This document shows, in pieces, positions 10,851-22,480 of a stretch of DNA of 33,482 nt. Within the stretch, counting starts at the first letter, position 1. The number at the start of each line of letters is the position of its first letter. This DNA comes from Octopus bimaculoides (Eukaryota). The stretch spans positions 27,449,601 to 27,483,082 of the forward strand of contig NC_068985.1 of NCBI RefSeq assembly GCF_001194135.2. The letters are read 5' to 3'. Made by a program: the position numbers and the translations under genes. Under the pieces are notes generated by a model, which saw only the letters and a program-made list of their open reading frames with translations, was not told the origin of the DNA and searched no databases.

Positions 10851-12079
10851 AAGATTATAGTTAGTTAATATTATACAGAAAAGAACGAACATCATTGAAT
10901 CCCAAGTGCTCATCACTTCACAAAATACGAGGCTTAGTGCTTGCCTAATAAATCATTATTCCATACATTGCATTACAGCCGCTTCTCTTTCGCATCTCAC
11001 TCCCACTTTCGAACTTGGTCGGAATCATTATTACCTTTTTGTTTTTCTTCCAAGAGTCAGTAAAATGAACATCATTTATGTATTAAAGCATCAAATTTTC
11101 GGACCAAACTATTTAATTCTGAATCTGGTAATATTAAGTGGTTGAGGAACAAATCTATATCCCTTGGATAAGACACTAGGTCAAATCCCGAAAACATATT
11201 AGAAAGTCTCTTGCTATGCAAATAAAATTAAATATGTTATCTAAAAGGCATAATGGAATTGTTATAATAAAAAATTTGATTATTACCCGCGTGTAAACTG
11301 ACTTGTTCCGCACATGCGCGGTCATTAAACCTACATTTTTTCTTCTTTACTGAGGAAATAGACCACAAAAAGATAATTCTTCAAGGAAGCCAACCGATTT
11401 CAGAGTCTCTTGAACTGAACACCTCAAGATTACGAAACACTGCTTAACTGTGCGTAGCATCATTCCTTGTAGTGCTGAGGTATTTCTATACAGTTAGGAA
11501 TAATGGGCAAGTGTGTGTTAAGTGCCCTGGTAAAGGGCTCAGATCTGCATCAGAGACAGAATGTAACCCATTCAACATTTCAGTTGACTGTTTGTCTCTC
11601 AGTCACTATTCTAATAGAAACCGTTGACATACTATATTGTACAAACACTCCTTTCAAGAAGATCTGAACCATTTGTAGTGGTTACTGTGGTTGTGCTTTG
11701 TTTTAAAGCTGGAGACTGTAGTGTCAAAACGGCTCTTCCAACCATTAATTGGTAAAAAATTCAACGCATTACTTTCTCAAAATATTTGCGGAAGTGAGTG
11801 ATTTTACAAAACTAATCACAAATTCCGCCCTGAAGGGCAAATATATAACGGAGATAGGCAGTTCCTCACAATCTTTGGGACTTTATGTGATACACTGAGC
11901 AAAATTTTTGAATATAAAATGAAACATCNNNNNNNNNNNNNNNNNNNNNNNNNNNNNNNNNNNNNNNNNNNNNNNNNNNNNNNNNNNNNNNNNNNNNNNN
12001 NNNNNNNNNNNNNNTAACAATAACAGCAACAACAACAATAATAAATATAGATATAATTGAATGTCTACTCATTGATTAA

Positions 12080-14610
12080 TTATAGATATTTTAATGTGGT
12101 CGATATTTTTAAACGAATGCCAACTATTTATAAAGGGATTAAAGGAAATCAGTTCAAATCTCGTAATAATTGACAAATTCGATGAATTGCATCATTTTAC
12201 ATGAAAACTGGAGGAAATGGAGGAACGAAAAAACTTTACATATCAGTTCAATGGAAATTTAGAACAATTTATACAGAACAATACGTTAAGTATTCTTAAG
12301 TAAATCCGAGCAAAATGGATATCCAAGAAACAAAAGAAATGATGAAAACATAGCAAGATTAGTGTATTTAATTAAAAGCCAAAAATGGCCAACAATGGAA
12401 CAAAATACTTGGTTACCAGAAAATTTTGCTTTTTAGAACATGGTTAAAACACAATAGCAAAGCAGAAATAGATGAACGCTCGATGACTTCATCATAGTTT
12501 TTTTTACGAACGCTACAGATAAAATTAATTTGAGACGAACCAGAATGATAAAAATATCTAAGGAGAAACCTCATTAAACCAAACGAAGATGGAAATAGAA
12601 GTGCTAAAATTGAGAGCATCAAGGAACATAAAAATTCAAAACCATCGATGAATAAATATGCTGAATTCAATGAAATAGAAAACAACAAAAAGCAGATGAA
12701 TTACTTACAAAGTTTCAAAACTAGGGGAAAATAAACCTGAAGAATTTGACTTGTTTCAACACTGAGAAATATCTGGTTTCACAATTATGAAACTGAATTC
12801 AAAAGCAGCACAATTTCAAAAACCTGTTCTTGAACCTCTGAAGAAAATAAATGGGTCAAGCAACTTATAGGAAGATCAAATTATAAGCGTTTGGAACAGT
12901 GCAGAAAAAAAAAAAAGGAAAAAGAAAAAGGCCAACTTCAAAATTTTATGTCAATCGTTAGAAAAACATAAATAACTCACGAACAGGAAATAGGTCAATA
13001 ACAAGAAATGATTTTTGAGATAGAAGTATCAACTTTTCTTCAACAATGAAAAGTAATCAAATAGATAGCTTTCAAACTTGTCCAAGGTGCACAGAATCCG
13101 AATCTCCATTTAACAACTTCAGGCGGTTAACTTCGCTGCGAAGAACACAAATAGAACCAGAAATACTGATAATTCAAGGCAAATTAAAGTAACCGTTTTT
13201 AGGCCCTGTGTAGAGGAACAGAAATACCTAGTAGAGCCAAACAAACGAACTAACCAAAAATAATTAGCAATAAACTCATCAAAGACATCAACAGTATACA
13301 CTGGTGTTAGTATACCAACAAAAAAAGACTAAAATTTAACACGAACCCTTGGAGATTTTGATTACAATGAAATTTAAGACCATGTTTCAGAATTATGTTG
13401 AAAAAATGCGACTCACAAAAGAATTATTTAAGAATAACACTGATGAATTGCTTGTTTAAACAAATGTAGCTTATATTCTTCACCAAAAGTGAATATTTTC
13501 TACTTTCAATATATCTTACACAGACAAGGAATTAAGTCAAATTTTATCACTAATGAATAGGAAAATATAATTGAACTGAAAAAATTATAGTTACATGACA
13601 ATTAAAGAAGCCGATAAATGGAGTACAGTTATATTAATAGTTAATGAATATTTTAAAAATCTTTTTATGTCTTCTCTAGAAAATATTACAAGGCTAAAAA
13701 TACAGCCTGCAGAAAATGATAAATAATCTTACAGCCTTATTACCGACAAAAATCCAGAACTGCGACTGGAATCAAAGTAACCACAAATTACGAAGCTTTA
13801 CGCATGGGGTACATGGAAATTACAATGTATTAAGATTCGCAACGCAAACACGTAAGCTTTCTATCAATATCAAACTGGAAAAAGATTCTTGACGATTGCC
13901 TTATTTTAGAGAATGAGACCATAGAAAAATTAACTTTAAAATATTATGTAAAGGAACAAATAATACTATTCAATCTACATTCGTATAGAATCAAGAGACA
14001 TTGCCAGTTTTAGATATCTAAGTAGTGAAAGTCAACAATATAATTGGAACAGGCATATATTAAAAACCTACATACTCAAAACAATAACTACTCTTTATTT
14101 CAATTCGCCTGAAATATTCGAAAAATTTAATTTATGCTTACTTATATCCAATAAAATTACTCGTGATATAGAGCTTCTACGACTAAAAGTTACTCTTTTC
14201 GAAAAACATTTAATTTGATGCTGGATAAATTGGAAATGCTACTATACTCACAATCCTAGAAAAAAAAAAACAAACAAACAAAAGAAAAATGTGATGATGC
14301 TGAAAAATGGTTGCCAGAATGAATAGGGTTTATAAATACATATTATTTTAAAAGACAAAAGATAACCAAAATCATCAAAGAGAATAATAATAAATGCTCA
14401 TTAATGTTCAATGAGAATGACCTTAAGAAAAGGAATAACGTTACAAAGAGAACAAATTCAATTTCCCAGGTACAGGCATATATCTTTTAGAGAACATATA
14501 TAGATACATATGCTACTAATAGTCAACCAAATTTAAAAAAAAATTATTTCTAACAGTGTAAGCAAGGGAATAAAAACTTTCATTAATTGAAAAACCAGGT
14601 TTAAGTATAA
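12080..14610 (+). mobile_element. Decayed Penelope-like retroelement (RT plus GIY-YIG C-terminus), internally deleted
   Basis: Ordered motifs: KRLKFNTNP (about 13323, KGLKF.P.P), KMRLTKELF (about 13403), IKEADKWSTVI (13601, ADKG), YYRQKSRTATGIKVTTNYEALRMGYME (13738, Q..GTAMG...APTYA.L.MG..E), WKKILDDC (13876, RYxDD), LPVLDI (14001, LPFLD), KPTYSKQ (14064), THNP (14246), REQIQFPRYRHISFREHI (about 14447-14499). The 5' boundary is uncertain; motifs are recognisable only from about 13320. Confidence 0.85.
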
Positions 14611-14924
14611 TTGATTGATATTTAATGAATTCATATTAATATTAATTAATTGTAATTAATCGAAGAACCTCTAATATTTCATTCATTATCTCTGCTATTA
14701 CTGTTAACAGCAGTCATTTATATATTTCCCTATTGCAGTTAATAATATCTAGCCTTGAAATTATGAAATTGTAGCATGGTTAATTACAAAGCCAATGACT
14801 ATCTTTACAAATATGAAACCGGTTGCTTGAACATTCAAATTTTATTATAAGAATTTCACTGCATTTTTCTTCCTTCTTCTAAATACAATTTGACTTGTAA
14901 GGAATTTTTATATATATATATATA

Positions 14925-14981
<57 letters not shown>

Positions 14982-15252
14982 TCTATATACATGTGTGTGC
15001 GCGTATGATTTTATGTATGTCTGTGTGTGTGTGTGTGTTTGCGTGCGTGCATGCGTGTGCGTATCTGTGTGTGTATGTGTGAGTATGTGTTAGTGCGTAG
15101 TTGTTGAAGCATCTAAAAAATAATTTCTGGTATCAGTTCCGGTTCTGAAATTTATATCCTGTCGGGGCCAAATTTCCTTTAATTCATTTGAGGCTGTTAA
15201 AATAAAGTATCAGTAAAGAACCAAATGCATTCATAATCATTCAATATTTCTA

Positions 15253-15575
15253 GTGAAGACGCGTGGCTAGTGGTTAGGATAGTGGGCGCATGATCGTAAA
15301 GTCGTGAGTTCGATACCCGGCGGGGTGTTGTGCTCTTAAGCAAGACACCTTATTCCTCGTTACCCCAGTCCACTCTGCTGGCAAAAATGAGTTGTAGCTG
15401 TACTTCAAAGGGTTAGCCTTGTCCCATTCTGGATCATGCTGAATCTTCCCGAAATCTACATTAAGGACACGCGTGTCAGAGGAATGCACAGCCAGTTACA
15501 TGTTAATTTCACAGGCAGGCTGTTCCGTTCATCGGATAAACTGGAACACTCGTCGTCGTAACCGACGGAGATCCA
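15253..15575 (+). mobile_element. tRNA-derived SINE type B, older copy
   Basis: Head GCGTGGCTAGTGGTTAGG...GAGTTCGATACC. The body GCTGAATCTTCCCGA...GTTAATTTCAC..GCAGGCTGTTCCG...CGTCGTCGTAACCGACGGAG is colinear with 793-1457. Confidence 0.85.
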
Positions 15576-15745
15576 GGTCATATGCCTAGTAACATATCTG
15601 TCTCTCACCTCTATATTATATATAAGTTTTTATGGGTGTGAAAATATTAATACAATTATCTATGAATATTTGCAGAACTTGCCTTGAAGACGCCCTTCGG
15701 GTAGCATTGAGGCTGGCTTCTGCGGAGGACACTTTGAGACCTTAC

Positions 15746-15771
15746 CTACTTACCACACAGCCACTCCTACG

Positions 15772-15774
<3 letters not shown>
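15746..15774 (-). mobile_element. Short 5'-end fragment of type A SINE
   Basis: CTACTTACCACACAGCCACTCCT closely matches 2788-2810. Confidence 0.55.
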
Positions 15775-15804
<30 letters not shown>

Positions 15805-16235
15805 NNNNNNNNNNNNNNNNNNNNNNNNNNNNNNNNNNNNNNNNNNNNNNNNNNNNNNNNNNNNNNNNNNNNNNNNNNNNNNNNNNNNNNNNNNNNNNNN
15901 NNNNNNNNNNNNNNNNNNNNNNNNNNNNNNNNNNNNNNNNNNNNNNNNNNNNNNNNNNNNNNNNNNNNNNNNNNNNNNNNNNNNNNNNNNNNNNNNNNNN
16001 NNNNNNNNNNNNNNNNNNNNNNNNNNNNNNNNNNNNNNNNNNNNNNNNNNNNNNNNNNNNNNNNNNNNNNNNNNNNNNNNNNNNNNNNNNNNNNNNNNNN
16101 NNNNNNNNNNNNNNNNNNNNNNNNNNNNNNNNNNNNNNNNNNNNNNNNNNNNNNNNNNNNNNNNNNNNNNNNNNNNNNNNNNNNNNNNNNNNNNNNNNNN
16201 NNNNNNNNNNNNNNNNNNNNNNNNNNNTATATATA

Positions 16236-16450
16236 CACGAGAAGGTGCTGAAAAGTTCCTGAAAAGATAACGAGAAAGGCCTGGTTAGAGGCCTAACCTT
16301 TCGAGTTCTTTTACAAGGCGTGGAAAACTGAAAGACCGCAGCAATAAGTGTGTAAATCTGAGAGAGGGGAATAAGTTGAATAAGATAATAATTAACTGAT
16401 CCTCCTGTATTGTCTTTTACTCAAAGCCAGAAACTTTCCAACACCCCTAA
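16236..16450 (+). mobile_element. Mariner-type deletion derivative (MITE-like)
   Basis: Imperfect TIRs CACGAGAAGGTGCTGAAAAGTTCCT and AGAAACTTTCCAACACCCCTAA with TA on both flanks. The interior AATAAGTGTGTAAATCTGAGAGAGGGGAATAAGTTGAATAA resembles the mariner transposase C-terminus (KCV.L.G.YVE*). Confidence 0.7.
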
Positions 16451-16458
16451 TATAATAT

Positions 16459-16489
<31 letters not shown>

Positions 16490-16654
16490 AAGTTGTAAAG
16501 ACGTGCATATTGTGTATATATGGAAATATATATGTATGTGTATATGCATGTATATATGTATGTATATATATATATATATATTCATACACATGCACATATT
16601 ACATGCATAACATACATATAAATATATTGATAATCCTTTACCCTTTAATTTGTA

Positions 16655-17185
16655 ATAATTATTCACTCTCTGTTAGTATACGCAGATTCTCTGCGGTATC
16701 ACTTGTCGCGCACATGGTAATTTCTTGAGGGAAGGACAGTTAGACTGGCTGACCGAGGTGGATTCGGTTATGCTTTCAGATCTGTGTCGGTGTGGAATGT
16801 TACTCGTTCATGTTTGCACAGTTTGCTAGCATAGTCGAGTTTACTGCTGGAATACCGTATTGATGAAGTAAATTGAGTATCTATCACTCATAATCCAGAA
16901 ACGCGTCTACAGTTAACCTTCGGAATGGTTAGTTTTCATTGTTTTTTCTTCTTGTTTTTGCCTTTGTGAGTTACAAGTGATGCTATCTGTGGGATTCTCA
17001 GCTTTTTTAGCTGCTATTTCTGAACTTCGGTATATGGTGAAGCAAATATTTGCTGATCCCTTAATTATGTTTATAAATATATATGAGCTTTTAAATAAGT
17101 TCTCCACCAATAATGGTGCTTACATACCGATGGGCTTGGTAAAAATTATTAATTATTAATTGTTGATTTATTAATGAATTAATAA
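16655..17185 (+). mobile_element. 531-bp insertion flanked by a 29-bp direct repeat; probable PLE pseudo-LTR fragment
   Basis: Perfect repeat ATTGATAATCCTTTACCCTTTAATTTGTA at 16626-16654 and 17186-17214. It contains a degenerate hammerhead motif and a short ORF (16977-17159). Confidence 0.6.
16854..16913 (+). ncRNA. Degenerate type I hammerhead ribozyme (family 2)
   Basis: Helix I ACCGTA (16854-59) / TACAGT (16908-13) with 1 mismatch; core TTGATGA (16860-66, C3>U); partial helix II TGAGT/ACTCA; GAAACGCGTC with palindromic ACGCGT helix III and a GUC cleavage triplet. Confidence 0.55.
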
Positions 17186-17681
17186 ATTGATAATCCTTTA
17201 CCCTTTAATTTGTACATATAAATATATGTAAATAAACATATGTATGTGCGTGTAATATAAAATGTGCATAAAATACATGCCAAATGACAAGCAGTGAGAT
17301 AGACATATAATTCGACAGATAGATATGTGGATAGTTGTGTGCTGCGAATATTTTTTATGACTAAAGTGGAAGACCGATGTACACATTCACACGCACACAG
17401 AAAGACAAGCATATATATACCAATAATAAACACATTTTTTAATGTCTATAGCATAATCGATTATCTTTATGTAAATAAAATTCATATTTTTTCTTTTGGA
17501 TTTCACAAATTTGTTCCTTAGCTGTACATATACAATGTCAATTATATTCATTTAAGTTTTACAATAATAGAGGAGTATATACTGGGCATGTGGCATGATT
17601 TAATAGCTGCCTTCTCATGAGAAGCTCTTAGTCATAATCATAACTATATTGACGCTAACCAAGTAAAGCAAATATTTAGTC

Positions 17682-17716
<35 letters not shown>

Positions 17717-17937
17717 NNNNNNNNNNNNNNNNNNNNNNNNNNNNNNNNNNNNNNNNNNNNNNNNNNNNNNNNNNNNNNNNNNNNNNNNNNNNNNNNNNNN
17801 NNNNNNNNNNNNNNNNTTTTTCACTGATCTTCAGCTTTATGTTAACATCTGCTGGGCAGCTAATTTATACAACTGTACACAGTTTCTCTTCTCTATCTCA
17901 AATCATTATGCATGTATGTATTTATGTATGTATGCAT

Positions 17938-17938
<1 letters not shown>

Positions 17939-18000
<62 letters not shown>
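17939..18000. repeat. (CA)n microsatellite
   Basis: Direct inspection. Confidence 0.95.
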
Positions 18001-18003
<3 letters not shown>

Positions 18004-18224
18004 AGAATACTGAATGAATTGAGAAATAAGAAAAGCTTCTAACAATGCAGAAAAGTAAAAATGACTTTTGCATTTCGGGCGCAGAAGTTTAGCTTCAGAA
18101 GAACACAGAGAAATGTGAATTTACATAGATGCTGCCACATGGATAGCACAATGTTTGTGCTGCTTAAATTGTGCATGTGTGTGTTTATGTGCGTGTTTGT
18201 GTGTGTGTGTGTATGTGTCTACAT

Positions 18225-18330
18225 CTCTCTGTTTGTCCTCCACTCCCTACTGCTTGACAATCATATGCTGGTGGGCTTACGCTCCCGCAACTTAACGGTC
18301 CTGTAAAAGAGATCGATCGAATAAGTACCC
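18225..18330 (+). mobile_element. Degenerate 3'-half fragment of type A SINE
   Basis: TGCTTGACAATC..GCTGGTGGGCTTACG..CCCGCAACTTAACGG...GATCGAATAAGTACC matches 10665-10745. Confidence 0.6.
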
Positions 18331-18434
18331 TTTGTGTATGCATATAGTAGAAGCAACTTATAATTACGGAAAGTCTTTTCAAACACAGTTATTCATATCA
18401 ATATTAGTCCATACATCCATCATAGATACATGCA

Positions 18435-18466
<32 letters not shown>

Positions 18467-18707
18467 CACATGTATCCACATACATATATCCACATATGTA
18501 TATATATATATATANNNNNNNNNNNNNNNNNNNNNNNNNNNNNNNNNNNNNNNNNNNNNNNNNNNNNNNNNNNNNNNNNNNNNNNNNNNNNNNNNNNNNN
18601 NNNNNNNNNNNNNNNNNNNNNNNNNNNNNNNNNNNNNNNNNNNNNNNNNNNNNNNNNNNNNNNNNNNNNNNNNNNNNNNNNNNNATACATATATATATAT
18701 ATATATG

Positions 18708-18743
<36 letters not shown>

Positions 18744-18813
18744 TGTATATATACTTAAATAAATATGTATGCGTGTGCATTTTCCCATCTTTGTGTCTAA
18801 GTTCAACAACCTA

Positions 18814-18855
18814 TCTATATATTGACACAGACTATAGTCTGTGTCTATATATAGA
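18814..18855. repeat. 42-bp near-perfect palindrome
   Basis: Perfect 22-bp core GACACAGACTATAGTCTGTGTC (18824-18845), extended by 9 more pairs after one T/T mismatch. Confidence 0.85.
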
Positions 18856-18879
18856 CATAGGGCATTGAACTCACAAATT

Positions 18880-18916
<37 letters not shown>

Positions 18917-19123
18917 AACACACAAATAGGGAGAGAGAAAGAGAAAGAGAGAAAGAAGAGAGAGAGAGAATGTGTCAGATAGCTAGCTAGCTTCATAGAT
19001 TGAGCTTTCAGGAGTTTATTTCTTGCTCCTCGCTTTTACTGATTCGGAGAAGTTACTGCCTCATAAGTTGTAGTGACTTGAATTATGTACATACAGTTAT
19101 GCACACACTACCACAGTCTCTCT

Positions 19124-19160
<37 letters not shown>

Positions 19161-19198
19161 ACACACACATATTGCATACACAGAACCCCCATCTGCAG

Positions 19199-19231
<33 letters not shown>

Positions 19232-19590
19232 CACATATGCACATATATACATATACAAACATACCTATACACATACACATGCGTTCGCGCACATTTGAAT
19301 GTAACTATACATTAACACATGCATGTATAGTACCAGCGCTGCATCTTAAAACAACGAAGCATTTGTTAATTTTTTGGAAAACCATCAAAGCAGTAACAAA
19401 GTTTATAGATATTGCAGTACCTATTTAGTGCTATGTAAATATGGATGTTGAGGACTGTGTTTTGGGTATAAGAACACGGTAAAGTCAGTAACATTAATAT
19501 AAGCTACTAAACACTCGATCAAGATGGTTATTCGTTTCTCTCAAGGGAAATGTAAGGAGTCGAAACAGAACGTAGAATTGAATGTGATAA

Positions 19591-19849
19591 TAAATAATAA
19601 ATGCGCCCTTTCAAAGCCTAGCCAGGCTCATGGACCCGATTTCCCGGTTTCAATGGCGTACGTGTTCCCCAGCTGGACGAGACGCCAGTCCATCGCAACG
19701 TTACTCATTTTTGCCAGCTGAGTGGACTGGAGTAACGTGAAATGAAGTGTTTTGCTCAAAAACACAACGCGTCGCCCGGTCCAAGAATCGAAACTACAAT
19801 CTTACGATCATGATGCTGACACCCTAACCGCTAGGCCACGCGCCTCCAC
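19591..19849 (-). mobile_element. tRNA-derived SINE type D (Meta/V-domain-like GCGATGGACTGGCGTCTCGTCCAG)
   Basis: The reverse complement shows A box TGGCCTAGCGG, B box GTTTCGATTC and a central GCGATGGACTGG..GTCCAG..GAAACCGGG block. An 11-bp TSD TGAATGTGATA lies at 19579-19589 and 19853-19863. The superfamily name is from recalled consensus motifs. Confidence 0.8.
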
Positions 19850-19904
19850 AAATGAATGTGATACGTTAACGAATTATGTTTGTTACAAGCTTCGCTAATA
19901 ATGA

Positions 19905-20114
19905 TTTCAAAGTTTGGCACAAAACCAACAATTTCGAGTGAAGGACTGAGTCGATTACATCGACCCTAGAGCGCAACGGGTATTTACGTTATAGACCCCG
20001 AAAGGATGAAAGGTAAAGTCTACCTTGGCGGAATTTATATTCAGTACATAACGGCAGATGAAACGCTGCTTAGTCATTTTGCCCAGCGTACTAACAGTTC
20101 TACCAGCTCGCCGT
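19905..20114 (-). mobile_element. tRNA-derived SINE type C (Deu/Nin-domain-like CCTTTCATCCTTTCGGGGTC)
   Basis: The reverse complement begins GGCGAGCTGGTAGAA..TTAG and contains ACCTTTCATCCTTTCGGGGTCTATAA..AAATACC and GGGTCGATGTAATCGAC. The domain name is from recalled consensus. Confidence 0.75.
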
Positions 20115-20397
20115 TTTAATACTATGGTGATGGAACGAAATTAAAGAAAATCTAGATGATTAGTTAAGAAAGTACATTTGTACAATCGAGGGACAACCAC
20201 CAAGAATGAAATGAAACTAGTGTGTGCAGAAAATTCTGTGTTGCTAAACACATCATCAACCCTCAGAGATTAAACTTGACTAAACATAGATATTAAAACA
20301 TGTTGAAGGTATTGCACATGTAGAGTGAAAATCACCCTTAATTAAGATGTGAATGCAAAAACCGAGCGCTTCTCATTAGTTGTTCATATACATGTTC

Positions 20398-20431
<34 letters not shown>

Positions 20432-22362
20432 GTCTTCCCAAAGAATGTTAGTAACATCCTCATAAAATATTTCATAAATTAAAAAATATATATATAGTTT
20501 AAAAAAAAAAATCACCTGTACACTTCCAAAACTGTATTAAGTAGTTCTCATAGACTTTCAAATATATATATATATATATATNNNNNNNNNNNNNNNNNNN
20601 NNNNNNNNNNNNNNNNNNNNNNNNNNNNNNNNNNNNNNNNNNNNNNNNNNNNNNNNNNNNNNNNNNNNNNNNNNNNNNNNNNNNNNNNNNNNNNNNNNNN
20701 NNNNNNNNNNNNNNNNNNNNNNNNNNNNNNNNNNNNNNNNNNNNNNNNNNNNNNNNNNNNNNNNNNNNNNNNNNNNNNNNNNNNNNNNNNNNNNNNNNNN
20801 NNNNNNNNNNNNNNNNNNNNNNNNNNNNNNNNNNNNNNNNNNNNNNNNNNNNNNNNNNNNNNNNNNNNNNNNNNNNNNNNNNNNNNNNNNNNNNNNNNNN
20901 NNNNNNNNNNNNNNNNNNNNNNNNNNNNNNNNNNNNNNNNNNNNNNNNNNNNNNNNNNNNNNNNNNNNNNNNNNNNNNNNNNNNNNNNNNNNNNNNNNNN
21001 NNNNNNNNNNNNNNNNNNNNNNNNNNNNNNNNNNNNNNNNNNNNNNNNNNNNNNNNNNNNNNNNNNNNNNNNNNNNNNNNNNNNNNNNNNNNNNNNNNNN
21101 NNNNNNNNNNNNNNNNNNNNNNNNNNNNNNNNNNNNNNNNNNNNNNNNNNNNNNNNNNNNNNNNNNNNNNNNNNNNNNNNNNNNNNNNNNNNNNNNNNNN
21201 NNNNNNNNNNNNNNNNNNNNNNNNNNNNNNNNNNNNNNNNNNNNNNNNNNNNNNNNNNNNNATTTAATTATATGTATTTCTTCTATCTTAATGAATAAAA
21301 ATTCTTCGGATAGAATAAATGGGTTAATAGAAAGCAATGTAGCAAAGAACACAAAATAACTGTGGTGTAGTTCCTGTTTTTAAGGCAGGAACTCCTTGAA
21401 ATTTGGGTATTTGAGTATATTTAAAAATTTAAGGAATGGAGAAAACGCATGTTATAATTGCATACTTTATTCCTACATATGTTTCAAAGGATTACAATCT
21501 ATGTGATCCATAGGGATCTGTGATATTAAAACTGTAACCTTCTCTTCAGGGAATGCATGGGAATCATCTTATGTATATATACAAACACAGATAGGATATA
21601 AAAGTGGCAGTAAAATAATTGATGAAAGATTTAAATGAAATATGATGAGATGATAATAAAAGAACTGACGGCGATAAAGTACAGTAAATGAGGTGAGGAT
21701 ATAAGAGCTGATAAAATGAAATAGAATGAGATGGCGATAAAAGAATCGATGGAAATATTAAAATGACTTAGAGTGCCAACATTAGGTAAGGTACTTATTA
21801 ACCCTGAATTTATAAAGATCAAATATTCTGCATGAAAACAAAGGAGATAGAGTTTATTCTACAATTTAGCTGGTCTGCGCAAAAAAACAAAAAACAAAAA
21901 AAAAAACGAAAAAATGGCGTATGGAACTTACTGTGTCTGTTAGATATTCAAGTAGGACGGATGCAGGTCACTAAATTTGGTAACCCGAGTTCTAGTGGGA
22001 CCAAGAAATGAAGGTAATCAGAACATCTTGGAAATTACAGTGGAAAACCAGCAGACTTGCAACATTCCGTCGATAAAAGATTTGTTGGAATAATGAACCA
22101 AGCTCATTATCAACTAGACTACTGATTCGATTCTGTACTCAATCAAGTATAGAGAGTATATGTTTGGAGAAGCTATCCAAATATGCGTGTAATATTCTGT
22201 TTTGGGGTAAACTGACCCCTGTAGAAATAGTCTCGCTGATCTCTTAATCTGTCTTAGAAGTTTTCTTTTTCATTGCTCTTTAATCTTATGTTAACACCTG
22301 GTGAGGAACAGTTACTTCTCACTGTCCCAGGTCTTCATGTTTCATTTGTTATGTGGTGTTGT

Positions 22363-22394
<32 letters not shown>

Positions 22395-22396
22395 AC

Positions 22397-22475
<79 letters not shown>

Positions 22476-22478
22476 CAC
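22363..22478. repeat. (CA)n microsatellite
   Basis: Direct inspection. Confidence 0.95.
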
Positions 22479-22480
22479 AA

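Noticed and set aside
21928-21995. Minus-strand GTAAGT donor with an upstream pyrimidine-rich acceptor (60-nt exon)
   Set aside because: All three frames contain stops.
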